Program-made: the position numbers and the translations under genes | Part shown: positions 15,101-27,348 of the stretch, in pieces | Layout: each line of letters opens with the position of its first letter | Position numbering within the stretch: the stretch's first letter is position 1 | Notes under the pieces: generated by a model | What the model saw: the letters and a program-made list of their open reading frames with translations, nothing else | The model's database searches: none | Told to the model about the DNA's origin: nothing | Assembly (NCBI RefSeq): GCF_037042905.1 | Contig: NC_087246.1 | Location: 68,200,001 to 68,264,000 of the forward strand | DNA from: Lytechinus pictus | Lineage: Eukaryota | Length of the DNA: 64,000 nt | Direction of reading: 5' to 3'

Positions 15101-17708
15101 AGAATAGCGCAATTTTTCTCCCCATTTTGCATGCATTTATCAACTTTCTACAGTTCAAATTGCAAGCCAGTTCGTCATGCGCCCTTTTTGTTGATCTACA
15201 CACAAACACACACACACAGTTGGCCTACCGCTATAGCATTAAGTAGCTTTTATCCAGCCGGCCGCGCCGGCCGGCTGGCGTGAGCTTTGCATGCTTGAAG
15301 CAGCTGTGCGTTAGCAGCCTATTCAGACTCAGGGAGCTGCAATACGAAATGTTGCTGCTAAGAAATCTTCCACAGAACTGTGAAAATCCAAGTCAAAGTC
15401 ACATTTTACACCAATGAAATGCCCTTCTACAGACCTTTTAGCTAAAATCTGGTGTATCCTGATTATTTGCAAGCATTAAAAAGAGGAATCATGACCTCTC
15501 TTTTGACTCAAAAAGACCGATTTCCAAATGAAAATAATACAAATAAAAACACATAGGTGAGTACATCACAGTCCCACATGTGCATTTGTATGTATGTTAC
15601 TTGGTTTCTTTCGAAGCTGTGTCTTTTCCGGTCTTTTCTAGCCAAAGATAAACAGACAGTTACTTTCTTTCTTGTTTATAAATGACTTCTTAAGCAACTC
15701 TTGAGAAAGTAAATACTTTGGGAAGGCATTTCATTAATATGAAATGTGAATTTTTCCAACATTTTGGCAAATTTAGGGAAGGAATTTTTTTCACACTCCT
15801 TTTTGCCGTTTTATTATTTTCTTTCATTTTTTTGACAGTGGTTAAACCATTTATACCCATTTATTCATTTTTAATGTTTTTCTTTATATTTTTCGGGCCA
15901 CCAAACTTTAATATCGGGCCACCAAAAAAAATTATTTGAAGGTTTTGGTGGCCCGAACGGGCCACCACCAAAAAAAGTTAATGTGGAGCCTTGGCTACAC
16001 TACGCTCCACTTACCCGAACTTCGAGACCATGAATTCGATCGGATATTCTGAGTGACAAAAGGTGGGATTTTATGGTTGGAAAATATAAAATTCATGCAA
16101 CATCACGATCTTTAAAAACAAGTACAACTAATATTCTTACTTTACACAAAGCTTCACTTTTTTTCCATGCTTCTATCAGTCTCAAAATTGGTGATTTAGA
16201 GCCAACATGAAGTTCCTCACACGTATAAATATTAACGCGCTGCCGAATTCAAAACATCGCATGCTGGAGGCACCGGGTCGTCCGGTCCGAGCTCGGACCC
16301 TCGCGCATGTGATGTTTTGAAATCGGCAGCGAATTGTTTATACGTGTGAGGAACTTCATGTTGGCTTTAAATCACCAATTTTGAGACTGATAGAAGCATG
16401 AAAAAGAAGTGAAACTTTGTGTAAAGTAAGAATATTAGTTGTACTTGTTTTTAAAGATCGTAATGTTGCATGAATTTTATATTTTCCAACCATAAAATCC
16501 CACCTTTTGTCACTCGGAATATCCGATCGAATTCATGGTCTCGAAGTTCGGGTAGGTGGAGCGTAGTGTAGCGGTAGTGAAGTGGAGTGGAGCCTGCACG
16601 AACTTCGCTCGAGGTAGAGCTAGAGATGAAAGCTAGCACACTTTTCGCATTTGTCAAAAATTGTGATGCCATGGTTACCACATAATATGGCCCAAAAGCC
16701 AGGAAAACTCATTGCAGATGAAGTTTGGCACACATATTTTGGTTGAGATTCATGTTTTGGAAACTGCATTACCATGGTAACAGCATAGGGCAGAACCACC
16801 TTCACTTCAGTTATAGTTTGCTTCACAACTGGCACATTTAGGTGGATAGCTTGTTGTACGAATGCCTACCCCATGATAGGCCATACTAGTACTTCACACT
16901 CGATTGCAGGAAATTTACAATAACGCCTAAGTTACTCTACTGTCTGATGATGGCACTGGAGCTGGAAATATGATTGATATTTATTAATCTAAAAAATAGC
17001 AATGCAATTGTGATGCCAATCACATTACAATAGATTTGATGCTCAGAAAATAATAGGCCTATCTTACAGACTACACACGGGTCACGCCCACTTCCAGGGC
17101 AGTACACGGCCACGTCGCCAGCGGCTAGCAGCCAGCGCTGCAGTGCCAAAACAATACACGCAGATGTAAACAAAATGGTTGCGTCATAACGTGTGCCCTT
17201 TATCATGTTCCGTACCGTACCTTACCTTGTTTGTAAGCGACATCAACACACAGGACAAATCTACTCGAACTGAGCTGAGGGTATCTTTAAAGACCTTTGA
17301 AATATATTTAAAATATCTTTTTAAAAAACAAAAACAGTATTATACAATCGCTAATGTTTAACAAATATCTATTACACGACACAATTACGGAATTAGCAAA
17401 ATTACATCCGCAAATCTTGATATTATTGTTATTCTGTGCCAGTGGTTTCGATTGTTTTGGTTTCATCACTGCATGCTGGGTGCGGGGATTTGTGAACTCA
17501 CCTGATATATTGTGAATGTTGGCAGATCCAAACAGACGGTGCAACACAAAATTTCGTTCAGTCTATCTTCCAGATTTTCTTCCTCGAGTTCTGGTGGTTT
17601 CTCTAGCCTTGGTTTTTTCTTCATCGGTTCGTCACATTCGGAACTTTCTCCGATAACATTAACAGACGAACTTGGTTGATGAGGAATTTGCTCTGCAATT
17701 TCAGCCAT
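1..17708 (-). CDS. CYHR1: Cysteine/histidine-rich protein 1 (RING + TRAF-type zinc finger), 3'-partial gene: join(17708-17502, 11092-10854, 194-<1)
   Basis: Spliced translation MAEIAEQ...[20 protein letters not shown]|[54 protein letters not shown]...GCTER|[38 protein letters not shown]... matches the CYHR1/ZFTRAF1 family as recalled. Introns are GT-AG with compatible phases (0, 2). Confidence 0.93.
434..570. mobile_element. Short MITE/foldback
   Basis: ~38-bp imperfect TIRs CTGAGGCATGTAACATCAAGTTTAGTA... / ...TACTAAATTTGATGTTACAGGGCTCAG. Confidence 0.7.
5188..5748. mobile_element. TTAA-flanked non-autonomous DNA transposon (Kolobok-like)
   Basis: TTAA|AGGGCAAGT...ACTTGCCCT|TTAA; related copies at 19355-19907, 33694-33840 (fragment), ~49540-50196. 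Confidence 0.8.
5768..5794. repeat. (AG)n microsatellite
   Basis: Direct observation. Confidence 0.9.
10854..11092 (-). CDS. CYHR1: CYHR1 coding exon 2 (239 nt)
   Basis: Acceptor TACAG|TGT; encodes [11 protein letters not shown]...CPNCR...[13 protein letters not shown]; donor AAG|GTAACC. Confidence 0.95.
11232..12122. mobile_element. Helentron/DINE-like non-autonomous element with ~5 x 150-bp internal tandem repeats
   Basis: ATATGAGCCT recurs at 11401, 11551, 11701, 11851 (variant ~12002); begins AAACAAGAG; GACAGACGGAC and short palindrome near the end. Confidence 0.7.
12518..13885. mobile_element. hAT-like non-autonomous element
   Basis: 8-bp TSD CACCTCAG (12510-12517; 13886-13893); imperfect TIRs CAGGCGAGTAGCCAGG / CCTGGCTACGCGGTTG. 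Confidence 0.8.
14932..16616. mobile_element. Mutator-like foldback element, interrupted by the 14983-15993 insertion
   Basis: 9-bp TSD GAGCTAGAG (14923-14931; 16617-16625); ~320-bp near-perfect TIRs; partial copy at ~41222-41626. Confidence 0.85.
14983..15993. mobile_element. P-superfamily-like non-autonomous element nested in the foldback
   Basis: CAAGGCTCGACATTA...TAATGTGGAGCCTTG termini; 7-bp TSD GCTACAC. Confidence 0.75.
17502..17708 (-). CDS. CYHR1: CYHR1 coding exon 1 (207 nt)
   Basis: ATG at 17708 (ACTATGG), KKKPR NLS-like motif, start of RING (CCTVCLDLP), donor CAG|GTGAGT. Confidence 0.9.
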
Positions 17709-17749
17709 AGTTGTACAGGGACGACCTTCTCTCGCACTTTTCAATTTAC

Positions 17750-18030
17750 ACTAAATCCTCATTCCCATCATGGTGACATCGCATCTAATAATTCCCTCCG
17801 TGCAATCCAATGTCGTACATAATAGAACGGTCTCTTAGCACTGGGTCACGAGCGGCCAATCGAAATTCGTTATGTCATGTTGTCAACCTGGTATTGTCCA
17901 ATCAAATCTCTTATCCGTCTACTTACCACGCCCTACAGACCGATCCACAAGTACAAAAGGGGTGAATAAAAATAAACGAGGGTATCAATGTAGCGATCAA
18001 AATGATGGCACTGACGTGGCCGTGGAGCAA
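17750..18030 (-). promoter_or_regulatory. CYHR1 proximal promoter
   Basis: Three CCAAT boxes (~17807, 17856, 17898), CCACGCCC and TGACGTGG upstream of exon 1. Confidence 0.5.
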
Positions 18031-18312
18031 GATATATCCTGATATCCAGTGATTGTTTTCAATGGAGAAGTGCGTAACGTTCCAGTTCATATTAAATCCA
18101 TGTCATTTTCACCAAATTTGCACAGTTACATTAGCAGTTAGGCTAAATATTCCAAACATGCAAAAATAAATAAATAATGATTATAATATAACATGCAGTT
18201 ATTGATGCAGAACAACCAGCTGATACCTATTACAGATTTCATCAACATTTAGTGTTGAGAGAGAAGAGAGGAGAGTGGAGAAAAAAAGAGAACAGAGAAA
18301 AGCGGAGAAAAG

Positions 18313-18485
18313 NNNNNNNNNNNNNNNNNNNNNNNNNNNNNNNNNNNNNNNNNNNNNNNNNNNNNNNNNNNNNNNNNNNNNNNNNNNNNNNNNNNNNNNN
18401 NNNNNNNNNNNNNNNNNNNNNNNNNNNNNNNNNNNNNNNNNNNNNNNNNNNNNNNNNNNNNNNNNNNNNNNNNNNNNNNNNNNNN
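18313..18485. other. Assembly gap (N run)
   Basis: 173 Ns. Confidence 1.
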
Positions 18486-19354
18486 GAGAAAAGACACAAA
18501 ACCAAACCAAACAAGAACATTAGCATGGCCTATTCCACAAATTCATTTCTTTATGTAGGTCTACTCAATTAATGTTTATTTGGATATATCATAATTCCTC
18601 AGATGTCCATTCAAGCATTTTCGTATGGAGGTCATAAGCAATATACTTCTTACGATAAAAAAAGATAAGCTATCAGGGTTAGTAAGGCAAGCACGGTGTA
18701 AAGAGAACAATGAAAAAGTAAATATTGATCTTTGATGATCACTGAAGTCATGGGTCAAAATAGTACGTGGATGTACCCTTCCCATGTGTGCACTACGTCT
18801 ACCAACGCCAACAATGAAGATTGTAAAAAAACAAACATCCCCAGGTTCATAAACGTATGGGATGGGGTGAAATGATTGAACCCACCATTTTGCATTATTT
18901 TCAAGGATAAAGAATAAAATTATTCTGTGTTTTTATTATAAATGAGACTTTCAGTTTGAGATATGTTGCATCCATATCGGTTGTCTTCTTCAAGTAGGCC
19001 TACAACTTTCTTCTAAAAACATGGCATATTGAAAGTGGAAATGATATTCAATATGCCCTTAATGAAATTTAGGCATAATATAAAGAATATGGAATTTACA
19101 AATAAAAATATCGTCATAAAAACTTCAATAATCAAAATCATTATCGGCTTCGCACTCATTATAGCTAATTGTCTTGTAGCCGTTGACCCTGAATCATATA
19201 TAGGTCGGCCGAATCATGTGGATTTGAGTGGTTTATAGCAGCCATTCTCAATTAATTTTGTTGAAGCGCCAAATTTCTTGTTGAGAATCTGTACTGCTCC
19301 ACTATCCAACACGCGAAGAGCAAAATATTGTGGTATGGGGGTGGGGGGGAGATC

Positions 19355-19907
19355 TTAAAGGTCAAGTATTCCAGAAAATTGTTGATTTGAATAAACAGAG
19401 AAAAATCAATCTAGCAAAACGCTGAAAATTTCATAAAAATCGGATGTAAATGACAAAAAAGTAATATGCACAATTCAAATGAGACAATATTGACGATGTC
19501 CCTCACTCACTATTTCTTTTGTTTTTTATTGTTTGAATTATACAATATTTCATTTTTTATAGATTTGACAATAAGGACCGAGCTGACTGAATCATATAGT
19601 ATGAAACAATGCTCATGCCACATGTTCAGGGAGGAATTAATCGTTGTCTCGCTTGACAATGAGGAGAAAATTAGAATATTCACTATTTCATATAATAAAA
19701 TACAAAAGAAATAGTGAGTGGATGACGTCATCAGTCTCTTCATTTTCATACCCACCAGGATGTGCATATTGTTTTCTGAAATTAAGCAAAACTTTAAAAT
19801 GTCATAACTTTCTTGTTTTACATCCGATTTTGATGAAATTTTCAGTGTTATGCTTGTTGGATTTTTATTCACATCACATTTTTTGTTGGGGTGGACGTGT
19901 CCTTTAA
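19355..19907. mobile_element. TTAA-flanked non-autonomous DNA transposon (Kolobok-like)
   Basis: TTAAAGGTCAAGT...ACGTGTCCTTTAA; internal inverted repeats shared with 5188-5748. Confidence 0.8.
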
Positions 19908-20089
19908 GTAAAAAGCCTTTTAAATGGCCTAGAGGGGTTCTCAATCAACAGAAGATATAAAAATACCAACTACACAATTTATTTAAAAAAATGATAAGTG
20001 ACTTGCTCAAATTAGTGTTAATTATTATGTTTCTGTATTAAATTTTGTTCTTGATGAGGGTCGTGTTTAAAAAGCAAACCGGGTATATA

Positions 20090-20340
20090 TGTTGATTAGT
20101 GGTAGAGCGTCAGCCTCATGAACGGGAGGCCGTGGGTTCGATCCCCGACAGAGTCATACAAAATTATATATATATATATATATATAGGAATGGAACCTTC
20201 TGCCTTCTTGCTTGGCGCTCAGCATTTAGATTGGAGAAGGGTAAATGTACATACATGGAAATGCAGGGCCCGCTGCAGTTCCCTAACCGAAATGGCTACC
20301 CTGAGTAAATAAAACGTAATTATGATTATTATTGTTATTA
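20090..20340 (+). mobile_element. tRNA-derived SINE
   Basis: A-box-like TAGTGGTAGAGCG, B box GGTTCGATCCC, non-tRNA body, AATAAA + (TTA)n tail. Confidence 0.7.
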
Positions 20341-20711
20341 TTCATAGCACTGTTCCCAAATCACATTTATGTACATAGTCTTTGTACCAATCGTAAATGA
20401 ATACATTAAATAGATCCTCCATAATAGGGGTTATCGAATGCTAGATTACACAAAATCAGAGGAAATCAAATAGCATTCAGATTTCAAAAAGAGCTGAGTT
20501 TTTATTTTCCCTTTGTAATTAAATGATCAAACCTCAATTCCAGATTAATAGTAGATCAACCTTTTATTTTCTAATGCTTTTTCTTTTTCTATACCGGCTC
20601 CCACGCGCCACTCCGGAAGGCTCGGTGCGCCACAAGTGGCGCGCGCGCCACCATTTGAGAATCCCTGGTTTATAGTATCAACATATTTGTTTTACTAGAT
20701 AAAATAGTAGC

Positions 20712-21045
20712 ATAGGCGACGGAAGTGGGGGGACGGGGGGGTCCTGTCCCCCCTAAATTTGAGGTGGGGTGACGATCTCCCCCTTAAATTTTTTGCTGAT
20801 AACTTTTTTTTTGCTTGTCCAAAAATTTTGGTGGTCCCCCTAAAAGTTTGGTTGATAACCTTTTTTTTTGCTTGTCAATTTTGTTTCCTGCATCCCCCCT
20901 AAATTCAGGTGGACCCCCCTAAAATTGTTGTGGTCCCCCTAAAGTTTTGGTTGATAACCTTTTTTTTTTTGTCAAATTTTTTACCTGTGTCCATCCCAAA
21001 ATTTCAGGTGACCCCCCCCCCCTAAATTTTTTGGCTTCCGCCGCC
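20712..21045. mobile_element. MITE with internal tandem repeats
   Basis: GGCGACGGAAG/CTTCCGCCGCC TIRs; repeated CCCCCTAAA...GATAACCTTTT units; flanking AATAGTAG duplication. Confidence 0.65.
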
Positions 21046-21368
21046 AATAGTAGTGTACAGTAAACATTGGCTAAGGTTGTGATGCATTGGTATTTTAAAT
21101 GGAGAGAAGTCTGTATGCAGATTGAGAAATCAGCTCGTTAGGTCTGAATTCCAATTCAATATGAAATTTGTATAATATTCAGTTATTTGAATCCGAGTTT
21201 GTATTTTTTTACAAGGACTCACAATTCACTACATGTGCAACTATATGTACCTCTAGGTCTTTGTACATGTTTTAAGTGTCATAAAGCAAAGTTTATCAAT
21301 GCAAGCGATACTCATAGTATATCGTTATTCAAACCTCTATGCAGAGGCGGATCTAAGTGGGGGCCGCC

Positions 21369-22953
21369 CAGCGGCGTAACAGGGGTCGGTGGCCAGGGGG
21401 GGGGGGGGGGGGCAAGAGCCAAAAATTTCCCGGTCATATCATGGAACAGGCAATGGCGTCATAAGGCAAAAATTTTGAGGGGGCGATATGGCGTATCGGG
21501 CAAATATATATATATATATATAAGCGAGCGAGCAAAATTTTTTGACATTTTTATTGCAAAAATCCAATTTTGTGATAGATTTTGACATAATGTTAAAAAG
21601 ATGATATCATATTCACCCTCCTCTTTTTCCTTTTTTCTCTCTTTTTTGTACGCCACGGTGAACAGGATTTTTGTTATGCTTTTTGTAAGCATCAGAGCGA
21701 AGCTCTATATGCTCGAGGGGGCCGAGTATGGCGCTTCTGGCAAGAAGTAGCTAAATATAGGTCCCGAGCGAGCGAAGCGAGCGAGATAAAAAATCATCTT
21801 TTCATGAGAATCTATAACATGAAGATAGATTTTAACGTGATATTCAGAAAAATATGATACACTTTCCTTTCTTTCCTTATTTTTTTTTGTTTGGTTGTAG
21901 AATTTTTGGGGGCCATGGTCCAAACTCATCCATATAACAGTGCTTTATGGGTGGGGTCCAGGGCAGAGCCCCGGAACCTCTTGATATCAAAGCCATTTTA
22001 AACCTTACAGATGGCCACTTATTTTAATCAATTTGCGTGTATATTTATATAGCTTTAACACAACACATAAATTAAATGCAGTTGTGTATCGTAATCATCC
22101 AAATATTGTGAGGGGCACACCATAGCAAATGTGGGAAATTTTGTAAAAAGTCGCCAGCGAGCGAAGCGAGCTAGAAAAAAAATGGCCTGTTAAAATGAAA
22201 TTCTAATTATGTGATAGATATTTACATCATTATAGCAAATATCATGTCATATATTTTTTTTCATTCATCTCATTTCGCTGCCTCCTTTATTTTCTTTTAT
22301 TTCCCCTTGGCTGTGGAACCACCCCCGGTACGCCAGTGCTTCAACGTAAAGCCTAATGCAGGAAGGGTCCATATAGGGGCCCGTTATAGAACCCATTAAA
22401 GGTTACAGATGAAGAGCCCCCACTGCAAGGGGTCTTGACTCTTGGACAGAGCCTTTGGAGATTAAGCAAGTTTATGATAGACTTTCATACGACATTATGC
22501 TTATATACCATCCATTTTTCTTCCCGCTCGGCTCTCAATCCTCGGCAGCCCGGTAGAATACGTTCTCTTGTCCCTATTCTTTATTTTCCAATTTAGATTT
22601 TGGCTAATTCCATTCTGCCTTTTATTTCCCGCTTTTGTTTGCCTTTTTGTCATCTTTAATTTATTTCCCTGTCTTACTAATCATGCTAATGTATTTGTAT
22701 ATCGGGGCGAATAGTTCTTTCTCACTTGTTCTTTTTTCCTTCCTTTTCCCGTTATCTTTCCGTTTTCCCTTTTTTATGTTTTTTCTTAGTTTTCTTTTCC
22801 CTTTTCCTTTCTCTTTCCCCTGTTTTCTTTCCTTTCCCTTTCTTCATCCCCTTTTTTTATTTTTCCCGTTTTTATTTTATTTTCCCGGTGAGCTCCGCGA
22901 GGGGGGGGGGCAGCTTGCCCCCCCTGCCCCCCCCCCCGCCTGTTACGCCACTG
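21369..22953. mobile_element. hAT-like element nested in a larger 21342-24710 element
   Basis: TIRs CAGCGGCGTAAC/GTTACGCCACTG; 8-bp TSD GGGCCGCC; the host has CAGAGGCGGA...TCCGCCCCTG ends and many GCTCGCGCTTCGC motifs. Confidence 0.7.
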
Positions 22954-24867
22954 GGGCCGCCCCCCCCCCCATTGGCGGAGCTAAAAGGGGGGAAGAAAGG
23001 AGGGGAAAGGAAGAGGTAAAATTAAAGGAGGTTGATGACGAGTAAATAAAATAAGGTGAAGGGAAGACTTGGAAAATGAAAAATATGTATAGGGCCTATA
23101 ATATTTCATGTCACTATATAAAATTTTCGCTCGCGCCTTGCGCTCGCATTGCCTGATCGATGAGATAATATCTAGCTCAATAGGCTGATATGGATGTTAA
23201 AATATCAAGTTTTGAAGTCAATATACAAAACATTAATTTGTCAGGTCTGACATCGGGCTCTCATTATTGATTTACAAATTTATTTTTAAAAAACGCTCTG
23301 TAGATGTTTAATGGTCTGAATATCAACATTTTCAGCTCGCGCTGCGCGCTTGCATTATTTGATTTGTCAAGTACCTACTGTCTTCGTGTATTCCATAAAG
23401 TTATCAAAATATCCCTCTTCTGGTCTGATTTTAAAAACGTACTCAGCTAGTGCTGCTCGCTCGCAAGTATGTATACAGTCTACGAGAACCTCTATATCAA
23501 TTTTGACAATCCCCTTTTCATGCTTTTCATGAAAGTTTAAACAAAAAATTCGGCTCGCAATATTACGCTCGCATTAATTTTGTTAAAAAATGCAGTAACC
23601 CATGCATATCCTCCGGGTGCATGCATCCTATTCATAATTTTAAAAGTGCTCATGTCCAGTTTTAGGCCTTACTATCAATAAATTTCACGTTCTCATTAGG
23701 CTTATTAGATTAATAAATAAGATAATGAAATTTTCATGAATTCCTAATACCTAAATTGTCCCCCTTTTCAGAATGGATTATCGATAAGTTTCATCTCGCG
23801 CTTAGAAAGAGGAATGGGAAGATAATCATCATTTTCATACGATTACAAAATGTCCTTAATGTCCCGGTCCTTGATCAAAATTATAAAAAAGTGTATCAGC
23901 TCGCGCTTCGCACTCGCATCATTGATTTTCATGATTAAAAAAAAGGTCTAAATCTAAAACACGCGAACGCATGATATGCAGCTTCTTCTTCTTCTTCTTT
24001 TTTTAAACGTGCTTACATTATCCAGTTACAGATCAAAATATCCAAAATTTTCTGCCCGCGCTTCGTGCTTGCATTATTAATGTAGGAAGACACCTATGAC
24101 CGATTCTTTTCATGATTTACAAAACATGTCATAGAGTGTCCCGTTTTTATATAGGTCTGAAATATCTTTTTTCCGCTTGCGCTTCGCATCGATTTTTAGT
24201 TATATACCTATCCCTTCATGATTACAAAAAGTGCTTAGAATGTCAATATTTAGGTCGGAAATTAAGTCAAAAAATATTCAGCTTGCGCTTCGCGCTCGCA
24301 TTATTTAATTGTTGAAATATATGTATGTCTTCATGGCTATACTGCAAACAATCCTTAACAGGTCCGTTTTCATCAGGCCAGAACGAATATTTAAAATTAT
24401 TTAGGTACATACGCATTTTCTTCAGGATCACAAACATTGCCCAGAATGTTCAATTTTCAGAACATAATACATAAAATTTCCCCCAAAAAAAATCTAGCTC
24501 GCGCTTCGCCCTCTCACTATACAAATAGGGATTATAAGATTATTACATATTTATGTGTTTTATAAGAATAAAGCTAAAAAGTGTCTGTTAGGACTACCCC
24601 TTCAAATAAACAAATAAAAATCAAATTTGAGCGGCCGATAGGGGAAAATAAGGGTGAAAACAATTCAGGCACCCCCCCCCCCCTATTAGTGAAAGCTGGT
24701 TCCGCCCCTGTCTGGAGTACCATTAAACATTATAACGGGTTTTTTTTTATTTGACGAACATTGCGCAAAAAAACCTTTCCTTCAATTGTTTTTTAATATC
24801 CTTTTTGTTCACATGTGTATTGCTCTCTTCAAATGGATTGGACTTATCTCGATCATTGATTACCGGC

Positions 24868-25410
24868 AGCATCATCATCAGAGCCAACACCACCACTACT
24901 ATAATCATTGTCATCATAACCACCACCACCATCACCATCACAATCATCATAACCATCACCACCACAATCATTGTCATTCTAACCACCACCACTGCCACAA
25001 TCATTGTCGTCATAACCACCACAATCATTGTCATCATTACCACCACCATCTCCACCACAATCATCATAACCATCACCACCACAATCATTGTCATTTTAAC
25101 CACCACCACTGCCACAATCATTGTCGTCATAACCACCACAATCATTGTCGTCATAACCATCACCACCACAATCATTGTCATCATTACCACCACCATCTCC
25201 ACCACAATCATAACCACCACCACCATTATCACCACAATCATTGTCGTCATAACCACCACCAACACCACAATCACCGTCATGACCACCACCTCCACCACCA
25301 CCATCTCCACTACAATCCTTATCATAACCACCATCTCCACTACCACAATCATTGTCATCATAACCACCACCACCACCATCATCACCTACATTACCATCAT
25401 CAACAAGCAA
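24868..25410. repeat. Compound (CAC/CAT/ATC)n trinucleotide microsatellite
   Basis: Recurrent ACCACCACAATCATTGTCATCATA blocks. Confidence 0.9.
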
Positions 25411-26542
25411 TGATCACCTAATATGAATGTAAGTATGGAATTCTAAATAAACTAGATGGATTCTTAAATGCAGTCAAAATTCATGCCTTACAAGCTGGCC
25501 TACATTATTGACCATTGCTGAAAACAGACCTTGCAAGGTACAGCTCAGGGGTGTGAGTGGTCACAAATAAAAAGATCTAAAAAAAGCTGAAGTGTTAAAA
25601 AAAGTCTGAAATAGAAAGAGCTCCCATACTTTTTGTACAGAGGAAGGCCAAAATAAAAACAAAAATATCTGAAATCAGATAAAAATCTGAACTCTCACAC
25701 CCCTGGTAGAGCTGTTCACAACCCGACTGTATCAATACTGATCCGAAAACCTCGAACTGTGTACCCAAGATCAACTCCACAATACATCCACATCTCCAAT
25801 ATGACTACCAGTCCCTCCCTTCTGAAATTTTAGCATACATCCAATTATAATTAGAATGTAAAGAACCAGAATTATTCGAGCGATCAAGCAAATAAATGGT
25901 TAGTTCATTTTGTTTTGTTTATTTACTATAGTATCATAAGAAATTTGATTGTAATATCAAACACACCAGTAATGTATGGTTTAATCATAGGAAACTCATT
26001 CTACACTGTATGGTAATACATCGCATGCCCTACAGACCTACACCCTCTTCAATGCACAAGGAAGGTGGATATGAGCTCATTTAGTTACATAGATTGTTTT
26101 GGTTTGACCAGAGAGAGATATCTATTCTCCTTCATACTCATTATATGAAATACATGCAGTTGTCTTTGAACTATCTTGAATGTATAATTCCAATGGCAGT
26201 TGAATTTCAATTAAAAAAAAAACCTTCCCTCTGCCTTTATAATTTGGGGGCTTACAAAAATGTGTTATAACTTTGCACAATGCCCCGTTTTCAAATCTAA
26301 AGAAGGAAAATTCAAGAAACAAATGTTCAGCAGAGAGAAGCTCCACTAGAGATCATACTTGTACTTATCTATGTCCAAATGTTCTACAAGTCAATATCTA
26401 TGAGGAAATACTACTAGAACCCTAAACACTGGTAATACTGCTAAATATCCGTATCAATAATTTAATACATGTAAATGTGAACATGGTACTCCTCACGTTT
26501 TTTTTTTGGTTAAAAAAAGATATATTAGTTTTGCTCAAGTCT

Positions 26543-26548
26543 TTTATT
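26543..26548 (-). terminator. Candidate SSR1 polyadenylation signal AATAAA (another at 25918-25923)
   Basis: First canonical AATAAA I found on the minus strand downstream of the SSR1 stop; ATTAAA variants occur earlier. Confidence 0.4.
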
Positions 26549-26886
26549 AAATTTATATCACAAAAAATATAATTTTAGACATTTGCTCTAAGGCAAGATA
26601 GAATTCCTTCACTACTATATCTATGGGGAGTGGACCATAAAGGAATGAATTCAAAGAAAAAAATATAAGAGATGTACATAAGTATTTACACAAGAAAAGG
26701 AACATATATGTTTAAGTGTTATTTCATAGCATCACTCACATTTCAATTAAGAAAATCAGTACACTTACATGTAATCACAAATCAGGTTTTGCCTGACAAG
26801 CAAATGCATAATATGTTCAAGTTATGTGTATGGGTCGTTACTTCATCAACTCATTACATGTTAGGTTTCTATTTGTACATTGTATT

Positions 26887-27348
26887 ATTTCAATATTTTT
26901 TGTTTCATTTTTCTTGCATTTATCTGCAGTATGCTAAGCCCCGCCTCCTTAAAATCCACTAAATAATTTGTTGCCTCTTGTGATGTCACAGGAGGCAGGA
27001 AAAGCATAATACACAATGCTATGCAACTTGCCATAACTACAAGTATGTACTTACAATGGCATCACAAGTCTTCATACAATACCATATCACAACCATTCAA
27101 ACTGTCATAGTTACTGAATTGTCAAAAATGTTTTCCAAAGAAGTTGTGAGGTGGTAATTTTTTAAGACTTATGATGCCATTGTAAGTACATATTTATGGC
27201 AAGTTGCAATGCATTGTGTATTGTTATGCTTATTACTGCCTCCTGTGACATCACAAGAGGCAAAAAATTATCTAGTAGATTTTAAGGAGGCGGGGCTTAG
27301 CACACTGCAAACAAATGCAAGAAAAATTAAATTAAAAAATATTGAAAT
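26887..27348. mobile_element. Foldback/MITE with ~185-bp inverted arms downstream of the SSR1 stop
   Basis: 26887-27072 is the imperfect reverse complement of 27164-27348. Confidence 0.8.

Noticed and set aside
18199-18572. ORFs spanning poly-X
   Set aside because: Artefacts of the N gap.
24747-25421. Long ORFs (212, 220, 211, 104 aa) rich in T/I, H/N/C, V/M
   Set aside because: Open in several frames and on both strands because the trinucleotide microsatellite lacks stops; not coding evidence.
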